From positions 1 through 64,000 of the IMG/VR virus record IMGVR_UViG_3300037042_004723: DNA of 64,000 nucleotides, one strand, 5' to 3'. A program made the translations under genes and the position numbers. The number at the start of each line of letters is the position of its first letter. Position 1 is the stretch's first letter. The stretch is from a virus. Positions 28,279 to 36,611 of the stretch are shown in pieces. The notes below the pieces were generated by a model. That model did no database searches, was not told where the DNA came from, and saw nothing but the letters and a program-made list of their open reading frames with translations.

Positions 28279-28542
28279 ATGGACAAAACAAAGAACCTCT
28301 GGCTGTACCGAGTTCTGGAAACCGATGACGATGGCGATCCGCTCGATCATGGCGCTGCTCGTGCCGACACGCACGATGAGCTAATCGGGTACCTGTCGAA
28401 GCACCTCACCGAGATCGTCGGCGAAGGTGTGGAGCTGACCGTTCGCGTCTACCCCACCTATGACGTGAAGTCCGGCGTCATGCGGTCGGTCAATATGTAC
28501 GATACAAAAATCGGGACCAGCTCAGTTGTAGTGAACCCATGA
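28279..28542 (+). CDS. Hypothetical protein, paralog C
   Basis: Near-identical to 29032-29277. Confidence 0.8.
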   Translation: MDKTKNLWLYRVLETDDDGDPLDHGAARADTHDELIGYLSKHLTEIVGEGVELTVRVYPTYDVKSGVMRSVNMYDTKIGTSSVVVNP

Positions 28543-28730
28543 AGTCAATCTGTCCCACGAGCAAGTCTCACAAGCGGTTCACGACGGTGGCTCACGTCAT
28601 GGAGGAATGGCTGGTCGACGAGACTGGCAACTTCATCAAAGTCAGTGCGTCGCTTCAGACGACCCACGGCCCTGATGCTGAAAATATCTGGACCTGCGCC
28701 GTGTGCGGCGCAGAAGCGGAGGTCAAGTAG
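28539..28730 (+). CDS. Small Zn-ribbon-like protein, paralog A'
   Basis: Duplicate of 26348-26539. Confidence 0.8.
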   Translation: MKSICPTSKSHKRFTTVAHVMEEWLVDETGNFIKVSASLQTTHGPDAENIWTCAVCGAEAEVK

Positions 28731-28732
28731 TC

Positions 28733-28981
28733 ATGAGCAAAGCAAACGTTGTCGATATCGAGAAGTGCATGGACAAGATCAAAACCTTCACCCCTGAGCA
28801 AACCGCCGATGGCTTGCTCGATGAGGCCGTCCATCACGTCGCTTCGCAAGATGCGACCGAGGCCAACAATGGCGGGTTCCAGGCGCAGGTCACCTACCTC
28901 CTGGAGCGCGGCTGCACCGTCGAGGACGTGCTGATGCTCCTCGATAGTTCCATCGATCTGGAGATGGTTCTCGGCGACTGA
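28733..28981 (+). CDS. Hypothetical protein, paralog B'
   Basis: Duplicate of 26542-26784. Confidence 0.8.
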   Translation: MSKANVVDIEKCMDKIKTFTPEQTADGLLDEAVHHVASQDATEANNGGFQAQVTYLLERGCTVEDVLMLLDSSIDLEMVLGD

Positions 28982-29031
28982 AACAATCCACTAGCTCAGG
29001 TGTAGTGAAACCATAGCGTTGTAGTAGAACC

Positions 29032-29277
29032 ATGGACAAAACAAAACCACTCTGGCTGTACCGAGTTCTGGAAACCGATGACGATGGCGACCCGCTCGAT
29101 CATGGCGCTGCTCGTGCCGACACGCACGATGAGCTAATCGGGTACCTGTCGAAGCACCTCACCGATCTCGTCGGCGAGGGGATCGAGCTGACCGTTCGCG
29201 TCTACCCAACGTACGACGCGGAGTCCGGTGTCATGCGGTCGATCAATATGTATGAGACGAAAATCGGGACCCGCTGA
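29032..29277 (+). CDS. Hypothetical protein, paralog C'
   Basis: Duplicate of 28279-28542. Confidence 0.8.
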   Translation: MDKTKPLWLYRVLETDDDGDPLDHGAARADTHDELIGYLSKHLTDLVGEGIELTVRVYPTYDAESGVMRSINMYETKIGTR

Positions 29278-29291
29278 GTTGTAGTAGAACC

Positions 29292-29810
29292 ATGCAGACC
29301 ATTACTTCCGCCGCGACGAGCGTCAACACCCTGGGCAAGGTCTTCAAGGCCCATAACTTCGAGCACGGCGGCATCAACCTGGACATGGGCGGCGGTCGGT
29401 TCGGGACGGCTACCGAGTACCTGCGGGGACTGGGCGTTCGGAACCTCGTGTGGGATCCGTACAACCGCACCCCCGAGCACAACATCCGGGTCCTGGCTGA
29501 GTGGGGTGAGTGCGTCAAGCAGGCTGACATCCCGCGCACCATCACCATCAGCAACGTGCTGAACGTGATCAAGGAGAAGGCTGCCCGCCGCCACCTCCTG
29601 GAGATGGCGGCGGCTGGTGTCGTCGACCGTTGGACCCCGGTCTACATCGGCGTGTACGAGGGGGACAAGAGCGGCGTGGGGCGTGAGACGTCCAAGGGCT
29701 ATCAGCTCAACCGGAAGATGGCGGCGTACCTGCCGGAGATCAAGAAGTTCTTCGGCTACGCGGAGGTGCGCTGCGGCATCATCGTGGCGAGCGACAGCCT
29801 GTGCTGCTAG
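29292..29810 (+). CDS. Class I SAM-dependent methyltransferase-like protein
   Basis: NLDMGGG (motif I), WDPYN, SNVLNVIKE, VYEGD, GYQ. Confidence 0.75.
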   Translation: MQTITSAATSVNTLGKVFKAHNFEHGGINLDMGGGRFGTATEYLRGLGVRNLVWDPYNRTPEHNIRVLAEWGECVKQADIPRTITISNVLNVIKEKAARRHLLEMAAAGVVDRWTPVYIGVYEGDKSGVGRETSKGYQLNRKMAAYLPEIKKFFGYAEVRCGIIVASDSLCC

Positions 29811-29873
29811 CAGTGGAGGAGGGCGAAGACGGTCGCCGTTGAGGCGGCGAAGATGATCAGCAACGCCAAGTCA

Positions 29874-29902
29874 CTGAGCCTGCGAGGGCTCAGTTTCTTT
29901 TT
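29874..29902 (+). terminator. Intrinsic terminator
   Basis: CTGAGCC/GGCTCAG stem followed by TTTCTTTTT. Confidence 0.65.
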
Positions 29903-30038
29903 GTTTGGCAGCTTGTAGGCCACGTTGCCCATCAGCTCTTTCTTCAGACGAGGATCATCCACGGAGATCTATCATCTCAATTTGCGCGGTGATTGTCCAG
30001 TGCGTGAAAATCCTAACCCTCTCAGTTGTAGTGAATCC

Positions 30039-30221
30039 ATGTGGAAGCCAACCGATGAGATGAGCGTCGACGAGTGCGAGAACGAGATGCATCACCTGGA
30101 GGATTACTTCCAGATGTGCGTCGAGGGCCAGCACGGGATCTCCACCAAGGAGGTCGTCAGGTATCGTAGGTGCGTCGAGCGCGTGCGCGCTGCCGGTCGG
30201 CACACCTGCCCGGTCATGTGA
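30039..30221 (+). CDS. Hypothetical protein
   Basis: Class-1 promoter 6 nt before ATG. Confidence 0.7.
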   Translation: MWKPTDEMSVDECENEMHHLEDYFQMCVEGQHGISTKEVVRYRRCVERVRAAGRHTCPVM

Positions 30222-30255
30222 AAATCCAACCACCCTCAGCTGTAGTAAGGACACC

Positions 30256-30573
30256 ATGATTCTTTTTCTTTGCTACTTCTGTCCGCCGCTCGCCGTGCTC
30301 TGCATGGGCAGGCCTTTCAGCGCAGTCATGAACTGCTTCTTTACGATGCTCCTCTGGGCTCCAGGCGTCGGCCATGCCTTGGTCCACTACGCAGACTACC
30401 GGGGCGGCAAGCACGTCAAGACCCTCACGCGCGCCATCAACAACCCCGCACACACCCGTCAGCCCCGAGCGTCGTCTCCACGTATCAAGAAGGAGGTCGT
30501 CGCGGTGGCCCCGGTTTACGATAGCCCGCACGTGGGCAAGAACGGCACGCGGTTTCGCGCCAAGAGTAACTAG
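30256..30573 (+). CDS. YqaE/Pmp3-like small membrane protein with basic tail
   Basis: LCYFCPPLAVL...N..FTMLLWAPGVGHAL. Confidence 0.7.
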   Translation: MILFLCYFCPPLAVLCMGRPFSAVMNCFFTMLLWAPGVGHALVHYADYRGGKHVKTLTRAINNPAHTRQPRASSPRIKKEVVAVAPVYDSPHVGKNGTRFRAKSN

Positions 30574-30714
30574 TTCCGGGAGGCCGTGCCCAAGAACGGC
30601 CGGTAAGTGGTGGCAAGACATTAGACGTAGCTGGGAACGTCAAGCCATCCGCCTTCCTCTTTTCGGAAACGGAAAACTCAGGAGTTTTCCTGATTCACGC
30701 AAGCGCTTGCGCCG

Positions 30715-30827
30715 GTCGAGCTGGTCCATGCTCACGCCCCTGGCCCTGGACGCACCACCGCCCGTGCTGCTACCGCCGCATTGTGTACAGCGGTGTGGCG
30801 CAGTGCGTTAGACCGTTTTCGGTCCAA
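30715..30827 (-). ncRNA. Putative structured ncRNA from a class-1 promoter
   Basis: GTGAAA-17-TGTAGT (30834-39); GACCG/CGGUC hairpin, then nested ACGCACU/GGUGCGU, CGCC/GGCG and ACCGCUG/CGGCGGU; 3' end approximate. Confidence 0.5.
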
Positions 30828-31023
30828 GACCTTACTACAACTGAGCCGGCCGATTTTTTCACCCCATAGGAGTTTTCCGCCACGCAGGATGCAGCGGTCC
30901 CGGGCGACTGTCACCCCCCCCCACCCACCTACTGCAACTGAGCCTCCGCAGACTTTCAGGACGGGCTTACGAAAAATCGACAAGCCTTTCGAAAATCGGA
31001 GCTAGCTGGATTGTAGTTAGGTC

Positions 31024-32463
31024 ATGAACGCGAACAACTCGAACAACAAGGTGAACACCATGGATGACTCCGCCGCCCGCTTCTCGCTCCTCGAACTTGA
31101 CAACGGTACGGTCGCCCCGGCGGCTACCCTGGCCCCGGTCCTGACCGTGGTCCCCGCCCCCCGCGTGGAGGGTGGCGTGTGTGCCGAGGGCAAGGCCCGC
31201 GCTCAGGCTGATCAGGCCGACGCCGAGGCGGCTGGCTGGTCCCTCAAGCCCCCGGTCTATGCCATCGGCAGTCGGGTCAACTCCACGGGCGTGGCGAACT
31301 TCCGCGCCAGTCGCCAGGACCACGATGACAAGGCCAGCGTCGGCCAGGCGTGCGAGAGGCTCATCGACATCGTGAAGGCCGAGGACCGCCGGGATATCGT
31401 CATCCAGGTCCCCACGCTCTCGATGTTCCCCGACGGGCGCATCACCCGTGGCGGTGGCCCCCTCGCTGTCTCGGAGCGCGCCTTCAACGGCGTGGGCACG
31501 CACATCACCCCGGGCGGGGCTGGCTACCTCCGCTCGTGTCCGCCGGAGCTTCGCGCCGTGAATTTCAACCATTGGGCGAAGGAGGGTTTCCGCGAGGACG
31601 GCCGGGCCACGTCCAAGGCAATCGAGGCGTGGGAGGAGGGTGGCGAGGTCGGCTCCCAGCCCGGCCCCGTCATGAAGGCGAAGGAGGTCACCCTCCGGAC
31701 CCGCCTGAACCACGCCAGCGGCAAGCGTGAGGCGTGGAGCTTCGTCGGCCCGAAGTACGGGGCGCACGATGTCGATGCCATCGCCGAGCAGGTGATGCGC
31801 TCCGAGGCCATCCCGGCGGACGCCAAGTGCGACATCGTGTACGACGGCTACCGTGCGCGTATCGACGTGCTGTTCCACACGAACATCCAGCCGGAGAAGG
31901 CTGTCGCTGGCGAGATTTTCAAGGCTGGCATCATGCTCAAGACTTCCGACGACGGCTCGGGGAGCATCCAGGTCAGCGCGCAGGTGTTCCGCAACCTCTG
32001 CCTGAACCTCATCATCATCGACCATGCCAAGGATATGGTCACCCGCCGCAAGCACATCGGCACGGGCATCGAGGCGGCTGTCGCCGACGGTATCGCCACG
32101 GCCATGGGCAAGGTCAAGGTGTTCGCGGACAAGTGGTCCGAGGCGTCCCTGGAGAACGTGCTGGAGAAGTACGGTGCCCACGACATCGAGGCCGTGATGC
32201 GCGGTCTGGTGTTCAACAAGGTGGTTCACGTCTCGGGTGTCCGTCCCGACGACATGTTCGAGCGGTTGATGCGCGCCTACCAGGCCGAGCCTGGCTATGG
32301 CAAGACCGCCATCGTCAACGCGGTCACCCGCGCAGCCCACAGCGAGACGTGGGGCTCATGGGCGGACGTGGAGGACCTGGAGCGCAAGGGTGGGGAGCTT
32401 CTCTTCGCCAAGCAGTGGTCTGTTTCTATCCCCGACGACGAGCGCGAGGGGCTGTCGTACTAG
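31024..32463 (+). CDS. DUF932-family protein
   Basis: TSDDGSGSIQV...FRNLCLN signature; leaderless class-1 start. Confidence 0.7.
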   Translation: MNANNSNNKVNTMDDSAARFSLLELDNGTVAPAATLAPVLTVVPAPRVEGGVCAEGKARAQADQADAEAAGWSLKPPVYAIGSRVNSTGVANFRASRQDHDDKASVGQACERLIDIVKAEDRRDIVIQVPTLSMFPDGRITRGGGPLAVSERAFNGVGTHITPGGAGYLRSCPPELRAVNFNHWAKEGFREDGRATSKAIEAWEEGGEVGSQPGPVMKAKEVTLRTRLNHASGKREAWSFVGPKYGAHDVDAIAEQVMRSEAIPADAKCDIVYDGYRARIDVLFHTNIQPEKAVAGEIFKAGIMLKTSDDGSGSIQVSAQVFRNLCLNLIIIDHAKDMVTRRKHIGTGIEAAVADGIATAMGKVKVFADKWSEASLENVLEKYGAHDIEAVMRGLVFNKVVHVSGVRPDDMFERLMRAYQAEPGYGKTAIVNAVTRAAHSETWGSWADVEDLERKGGELLFAKQWSVSIPDDEREGLSY

Positions 32464-32520
32464 GCCCGAGGGGCGGGGCGGTTTCCTGAAAAAAGGAGCC
32501 GCCTCAGTTGTAGTGTCTTT

Positions 32521-32680
32521 GTGACCGGAGGGCGTCGATACCGAACTGGCTGGAGTGATCCCGGTGTCAGGCCGGAGGGTAGGCTGGAGTTCTAGACCCA
32601 GCTGATCTCCGGGGCAGAGGGGCCACGCTGTCACCCGTGCATGGGTGCGAAGGCCAGGGCGAGGAGCCCTCCGGTTGCTT
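32521..32680 (+). ncRNA. Putative structured ncRNA (~160 nt)
   Basis: Class-1 promoter predicts +1 at 32521; 5' GUGACCGGAGGGC pairs fully with GCCCUCCGGUUGC (32666-78); internal hairpins; no ATG at +1. Confidence 0.7.
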
Positions 32681-32762
32681 TCGTATATAGAGTTTTCTTC
32701 GGTATGGAGTTTTCTTCGCTGCGGGCGCTGAAAATTAAGGCGAGCCCAGTTGTAGTAGAGCC

Positions 32763-33047
32763 ATGAGAGACGCCAAGCCCTACTGGACCAAGCACCCCGC
32801 CTACCTGGAGCACTGGCCGTTCGCCACCATGGCGCACGACTCGGGCGACTGGGAGGCATTCGTCGTGGACTACAAGCGAACCCAGGACTACAGCGGCGGG
32901 AAGTTCATCGAGTTCTTCTGGGACGGGGATTTTCAGGAGGCGATCAGCTACACGCCGACCTCGAACCCGGCTGAGTGCCTCGCCCAGTTCGCCGTGTTCT
33001 GGCTGGAAACGGAGTACGACTGGGGCAACGCTGAAAAATCCAGCTAG
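32763..33047 (+). CDS. Hypothetical aromatic-rich protein
   Basis: Class-1 promoter 6 nt before ATG. Confidence 0.75.
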   Translation: MRDAKPYWTKHPAYLEHWPFATMAHDSGDWEAFVVDYKRTQDYSGGKFIEFFWDGDFQEAISYTPTSNPAECLAQFAVFWLETEYDWGNAEKSS

Positions 33048-33065
33048 CTCAGTTGTAGTAAGAGC

Positions 33066-33185
33066 ATGGACCCAACAATTGATCGATGGCCAGACAACGA
33101 CGGTGGCTACAGGCCAGGGAACGTTCGTTGGGCTACTCGGAAACAACAGTATCAAAACAGGAGAAAACGTCGTGGATCCAAATAG
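33066..33185 (+). pseudogene. 39-aa HNH endonuclease C-terminal fragment with its own promoter
   Basis: MDPTIDRWPDNDGGYRPGNVRWATRKQQYQNRR; missed by the ORF track. Confidence 0.65.
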
Positions 33186-33357
33186 TGACCTCAAGAAGAT
33201 GCTGAAGCTGGCAGCTAAGATGCTGCGCGACCACGAGGACGAGGACCTTGAAGGCATTGATCGGGACGATGCGAATCGCCTGGCCGAGATGGTCGAAGCC
33301 CTGGATGGATGGCTGAGCAAGGGCGGATTTCTGCCCGGAAAGTGGGAGCGCAAGTGA
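33172..33357 (+). CDS. Hypothetical protein (MDPNSDLKK...)
   Basis: GTG start; 3' part of track ORF 33079-33357. Confidence 0.6.
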   Translation: MDPNSDLKKMLKLAAKMLRDHEDEDLEGIDRDDANRLAEMVEALDGWLSKGGFLPGKWERK

Positions 33358-33623
33358 GCAAGTCAAAGAAGCAGGTCGTTCACGTTTGCCTGTACAGCCA
33401 CAGGCACTGGATCGACGTTTGCGTCTACAAGACAGCCAAGGCGATGGAGGCCGGAGTCCTCAACGTGATGCACCTCCGGGTCGACGAGTGGGACGACGGC
33501 GACGTGGCCAAGTTCCGCAAGCTGCGCAGCTTCGACAAGAAGCTGGCCCTGTTCCACGATGTCGAGATGGGCATCAGCTACGGCGAGACGCTGGAGATGT
33601 TCGAGAGGACGGTGGAGGGGTAA
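33354..33623 (+). CDS. Hypothetical protein
   Basis: GTGA-coupled. Confidence 0.65.
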   Translation: MSKSKKQVVHVCLYSHRHWIDVCVYKTAKAMEAGVLNVMHLRVDEWDDGDVAKFRKLRSFDKKLALFHDVEMGISYGETLEMFERTVEG

Positions 33624-33693
33624 GGTCAGCGCGGCTGAGCCGCCATTCAGTCGGAGAAAACTCTAAGAGTTTTCTATGCGTATACGACGAGAG

Positions 33694-33722
33694 GACCTAA
33701 GGTAAAAGTTTTACCTTAGGTC
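33694..33722. repeat. Perfect 14-1-14 palindrome GACCTAAGGTAAAA-G-TTTTACCTTAGGTC
   Basis: Read directly; lies between convergent genes. Confidence 0.8.
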
Positions 33723-33739
33723 TGAGCCCCCTCTGGTTT

Positions 33740-34150
33740 CTAGAACTCCTGCTCGGTGGCGGGTGCCGGCACGGCGGTCAGGGTGGGCTTGACCTTGGCC
33801 GGCTTGGCGGGCTCCGTGTCCTTGACCAGCCGACGGAGGCGGTCCAGGGCGTTCTTCGTCAGCCGGTACTTGCCGTCACCAACCTCGCTCTCGTGGGTGA
33901 CCCACTGGCTACGAACCAGGCGGCGGAGGGTGTTGCGGACCCGTGAGCATCCGCGCGCCCGTCCGCCCTGAATCTTGTGCCAGTTCAGGTCATCCATGAT
34001 CTCCTGAATGGTCCGCACAGGGCGACCCTCGGTTGCCAGCGAGGTGACCAGGAGCTGCTCGTTCTTGGTTAGCTCGTTGAAGGTTAGCTGAAGTGCGCCA
34101 GCGCGCTGTCCTTGCGAGGACGTGAATTCTGTCTTGGTTTGGGTGCTCAT
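33740..34150 (-). CDS. Winged-helix DNA-binding protein
   Basis: RVRNTLRRLVRSQWV...GDGKYRLT; paralogous to the N-terminal half of 35289-35990. Confidence 0.7.
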   Translation of the reverse strand: MSTQTKTEFTSSQGQRAGALQLTFNELTKNEQLLVTSLATEGRPVRTIQEIMDDLNWHKIQGGRARGCSRVRNTLRRLVRSQWVTHESEVGDGKYRLTKNALDRLRRLVKDTEPAKPAKVKPTLTAVPAPATEQEF

Positions 34151-34266
34151 GCCATTACTACAACTGGCTGTGGATAAACTTTCGCGGAAAAAGGGCGCTC
34201 TTGCCTGGGGGCTAACTTTGATCGTCCGATCGTGAAAATCCCAACAGGCTCAGTTGTAGTAGCTAC

Positions 34267-34695
34267 ATGATGACTGCAACCACTGAGAAGCAAAGATCAA
34301 ACATGTTCTTTTCGTGCGGTCCGAACGAGGAGGACCGGCAGGTTGTGTCCTCCAAGTTCTACCGGGAGGATGAGTGCGGTCACTACTACAAGCTAACGGC
34401 CCCGCTGTTCGTGAACCTCAAGGACGGGGATGGCAAGCGGAAGCTGACGCAGGTGACCGGCCCCGTCGTGTTCACGGCGGATGGCTGTGATTTCTGGGGC
34501 GGGGAGAAGGCCAAGGGCTTTCGCTCCAAGGTGATCGAGAACCCGACCTACCGCTCGCTCATGGGCGCGGCGAAGTCATCGCAGGCGAAGACCAAGGACT
34601 ACCACCACTCGTTCATCGAGGGTGCCTACTTCAAGGGCTACGAGGAGATCGACGGCCGCCAGGTGATGATCCTCCAGATGGCGTTAGGTAGCTGA
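34267..34695 (+). CDS. Hypothetical protein
   Basis: Class-1 promoter 6 nt before ATG. Confidence 0.75.
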   Translation: MMTATTEKQRSNMFFSCGPNEEDRQVVSSKFYREDECGHYYKLTAPLFVNLKDGDGKRKLTQVTGPVVFTADGCDFWGGEKAKGFRSKVIENPTYRSLMGAAKSSQAKTKDYHHSFIEGAYFKGYEEIDGRQVMILQMALGS

Positions 34696-34793
34696 AAAAG
34701 CACCCTGGCCCAGTTGTAGTAGAGACATGAACCTCCAGGAAATTGTCCAAGCTCTTGCGCCGCTGGTTGATCACAAGAATCACGATGTGTGCG

Positions 34794-34991
34794 TCATGCC
34801 GCCCCGATCAGATCGGTGACGCGACACCCGAGCGCCCTTGCGATCGACCGCAGGCTGCGGAGCGTCGGCTCGTGCGTCCCGTGGATCCACCCGTGAACTG
34901 TGCTGCGCGGACAGCCGCAGCGTCGTGCAATCTCCGCGTCTATGATGCCGGCGCGATCACGCGCTCGGACGATGCGTTGCGAGGTCGTCAT
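34794..34991 (-). CDS. XRE-family HTH repressor-like protein (65 aa)
   Basis: AEIARRCGCPRSTVHGWIHGTHEPTLRSLRSIARALGC. Confidence 0.85.
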   Translation of the reverse strand: MTTSQRIVRARDRAGIIDAEIARRCGCPRSTVHGWIHGTHEPTLRSLRSIARALGCRVTDLIGAA

Positions 34992-35107
34992 GTGGTTACC
35001 GTTCGCACAAAACGAACAGAATAACAAGAAGTAATATCGACGGGTTGGGCGGCGATTCCACCGGGGGCGTAATTGTCCTCCGGTGTTGTTGTCTTTTGAA
35101 AAGCCTA

Positions 35108-35177
35108 ATGGATAAGGCTGCGTGCCAACGTTATCCACAGGGATCTGTTAACCACACGATTCCACAGGAAATTCACA
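35108..35177. promoter_or_regulatory. DnaA-box-like cluster
   Basis: TTATCCACA 35131, TTAACCACA 35148, GATTCCACA 35158, partial inverse ATGGATAA 35108; another perfect box TGTGGATAA at 34169. Confidence 0.5.
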
Positions 35178-35288
35178 GGGTGATTTTCTTGACCACCCTG
35201 ATTATCGCGTAGTACGAGCGTTGTCCGCGAAGTAAATGAAAAAAACGAGCTGCCCTGGTTGTAGTAGGGGTGCGGAAGGAGCCTTGAT

Positions 35289-35990
35289 ATGGATGAATCT
35301 ATGATGGCAGGCAAGGATGACACGCTCTCGTTCGAGGATATGAAGCCGGAGGAGCGTGCGATCCTCCAGGCGCTGCAAGCTGCTCATGATGCTGGGCAAA
35401 ACGTCCTGCGGATCGCTGAGATCATGTCGGCGAACGGCTGGGATGACGTGGACGACCACGAGTGTCCCGATGGCAACTGCTCGGTGTGCAGTGCTGCGTT
35501 GCGTCTTGGAAACAGCAAGGTTCGCAACAACTTGCGCCGCCTCATGCGGTGCGGACTGATCCACCGCCCGCTCGATGGCTCCTACGCCCTGACGCCTGAG
35601 CCCCGCCGAACCGCTCCACAGGCTGAGGCGGTTCCCAAGCTGTTGCGAATCAAGCGGAACCCCAGAGAACTGAATGTTTCCGAGGTCCGCATCCTGCGGG
35701 GCGTGGAGTACGGATCGCTCAATGTCAAGATGGTCGAGTCGGTCAAGAAGACGGACTGCACCATCTACAACGCCTGCTTGTCCCAGGCGATCTCCGGCAA
35801 GTGGGCGGGCTTCTCCTGCGCCGATTGCACGGCCTACGATGCGCCTACCCAGTTCCAGAGGGAGTGCGATGTGCTCGCCCTGCGTGCGCTCGATACCGCC
35901 GCAGAGATGGTCGAGGAGCACGGCAAGGTCAACCGCATCCGTGGCGTGAAGCCGGGCGCGGATGCCAAGCGGACCGAGGCCGGCGAGTAG
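35289..35990 (+). CDS. Winged-helix protein with Cys-rich C-terminal domain
   Basis: SKVRNNLRRLMRCGLI...DGSYALT; C...C...CADC; SD AAGGAG. Confidence 0.7.
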   Translation: MDESMMAGKDDTLSFEDMKPEERAILQALQAAHDAGQNVLRIAEIMSANGWDDVDDHECPDGNCSVCSAALRLGNSKVRNNLRRLMRCGLIHRPLDGSYALTPEPRRTAPQAEAVPKLLRIKRNPRELNVSEVRILRGVEYGSLNVKMVESVKKTDCTIYNACLSQAISGKWAGFSCADCTAYDAPTQFQRECDVLALRALDTAAEMVEEHGKVNRIRGVKPGADAKRTEAGE

Positions 35991-36047
35991 GGGACGCGGC
36001 GCGCAAGCGCTTGCGCGGCTCGGAAAACTCTTAGAGTTTTCCGCTTC

Positions 36048-36126
36048 ACCTAAAGAAAAAAGCCCCGCCGACCAGGGTTATGCTGAACACACGACGGAAT
36101 TGCCGCTATTCACCCTGGCCGGCGGG
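36048..36126 (-). terminator. 15-bp stem, 33-nt loop, U-tract (terminator or 3' sRNA)
   Basis: CCCGCCGGCCAGGGU/ACCCUGGUCGGCGGG then GCUUUUUUCUUU on the minus strand. Confidence 0.7.
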
Positions 36127-36135
36127 AGAAACAGT

Positions 36136-36543
36136 CTACCTGCAATCGATGGGCGTGAACATCCCTGATGCGTATCGGCCGCTCTGATACTCAACCGACC
36201 GCCTGGGGACGACGACGAGGCGCTCCTCGCCGAACTCGCCGTTCATGGTCCCGATATCGATGCAGTAGTCGTAGTCGTATGCCTTGGGTGCGCGGGTGCG
36301 CAGGAGGGAGAACCGGTCGGTCACATCCTCGATGAGATGCGGCGGGTCGCCCACGAGGGAGCGCAGGCACTGCTCGGCGATGAAGAATTGCTTGCTCGTC
36401 GTGGACATGGGCACGGACACGTAGGCCCCATCGACCTTCGCCACGTTGGCCTTCTCGTGGAACCGGAGGGTAGCGTCCGGGCGGTCCTCGATCAGCTGCT
36501 CGTACTGCTCGGCGGGAATCTTGACTTGGATGATTCTGAACAT
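36136..36543 (-). CDS. Hypothetical protein
   Basis: Class-1 promoter 6 nt before ATG. Confidence 0.75.
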   Translation of the reverse strand: MFRIIQVKIPAEQYEQLIEDRPDATLRFHEKANVAKVDGAYVSVPMSTTSKQFFIAEQCLRSLVGDPPHLIEDVTDRFSLLRTRAPKAYDYDYCIDIGTMNGEFGEERLVVVPRRSVEYQSGRYASGMFTPIDCR

Positions 36544-36611
36544 GCCCTAACTACAACTGAGCCAACCGAAACTTTCTCGAAAAAATCAGCTTGCTCAGGT
36601 GTAGTATAGGT

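Noticed and set aside
30967-32340. Long opposite-strand ORFs (also 18877-19962, 24067-25041, 2774-3328, 57959-58651 and many others)
   Set aside because: Shadow frames of GC-rich genes; no promoter motif, low-complexity Arg/Gly/Ala translations, and they overlap better-supported genes
34727-34819. 30-aa ORF MNLQEIVQ… after a class-1 promoter
   Set aside because: Very short and overlaps the 3' end of the convergent XRE gene; could equally be an antisense transcript, so not listed as a CDS
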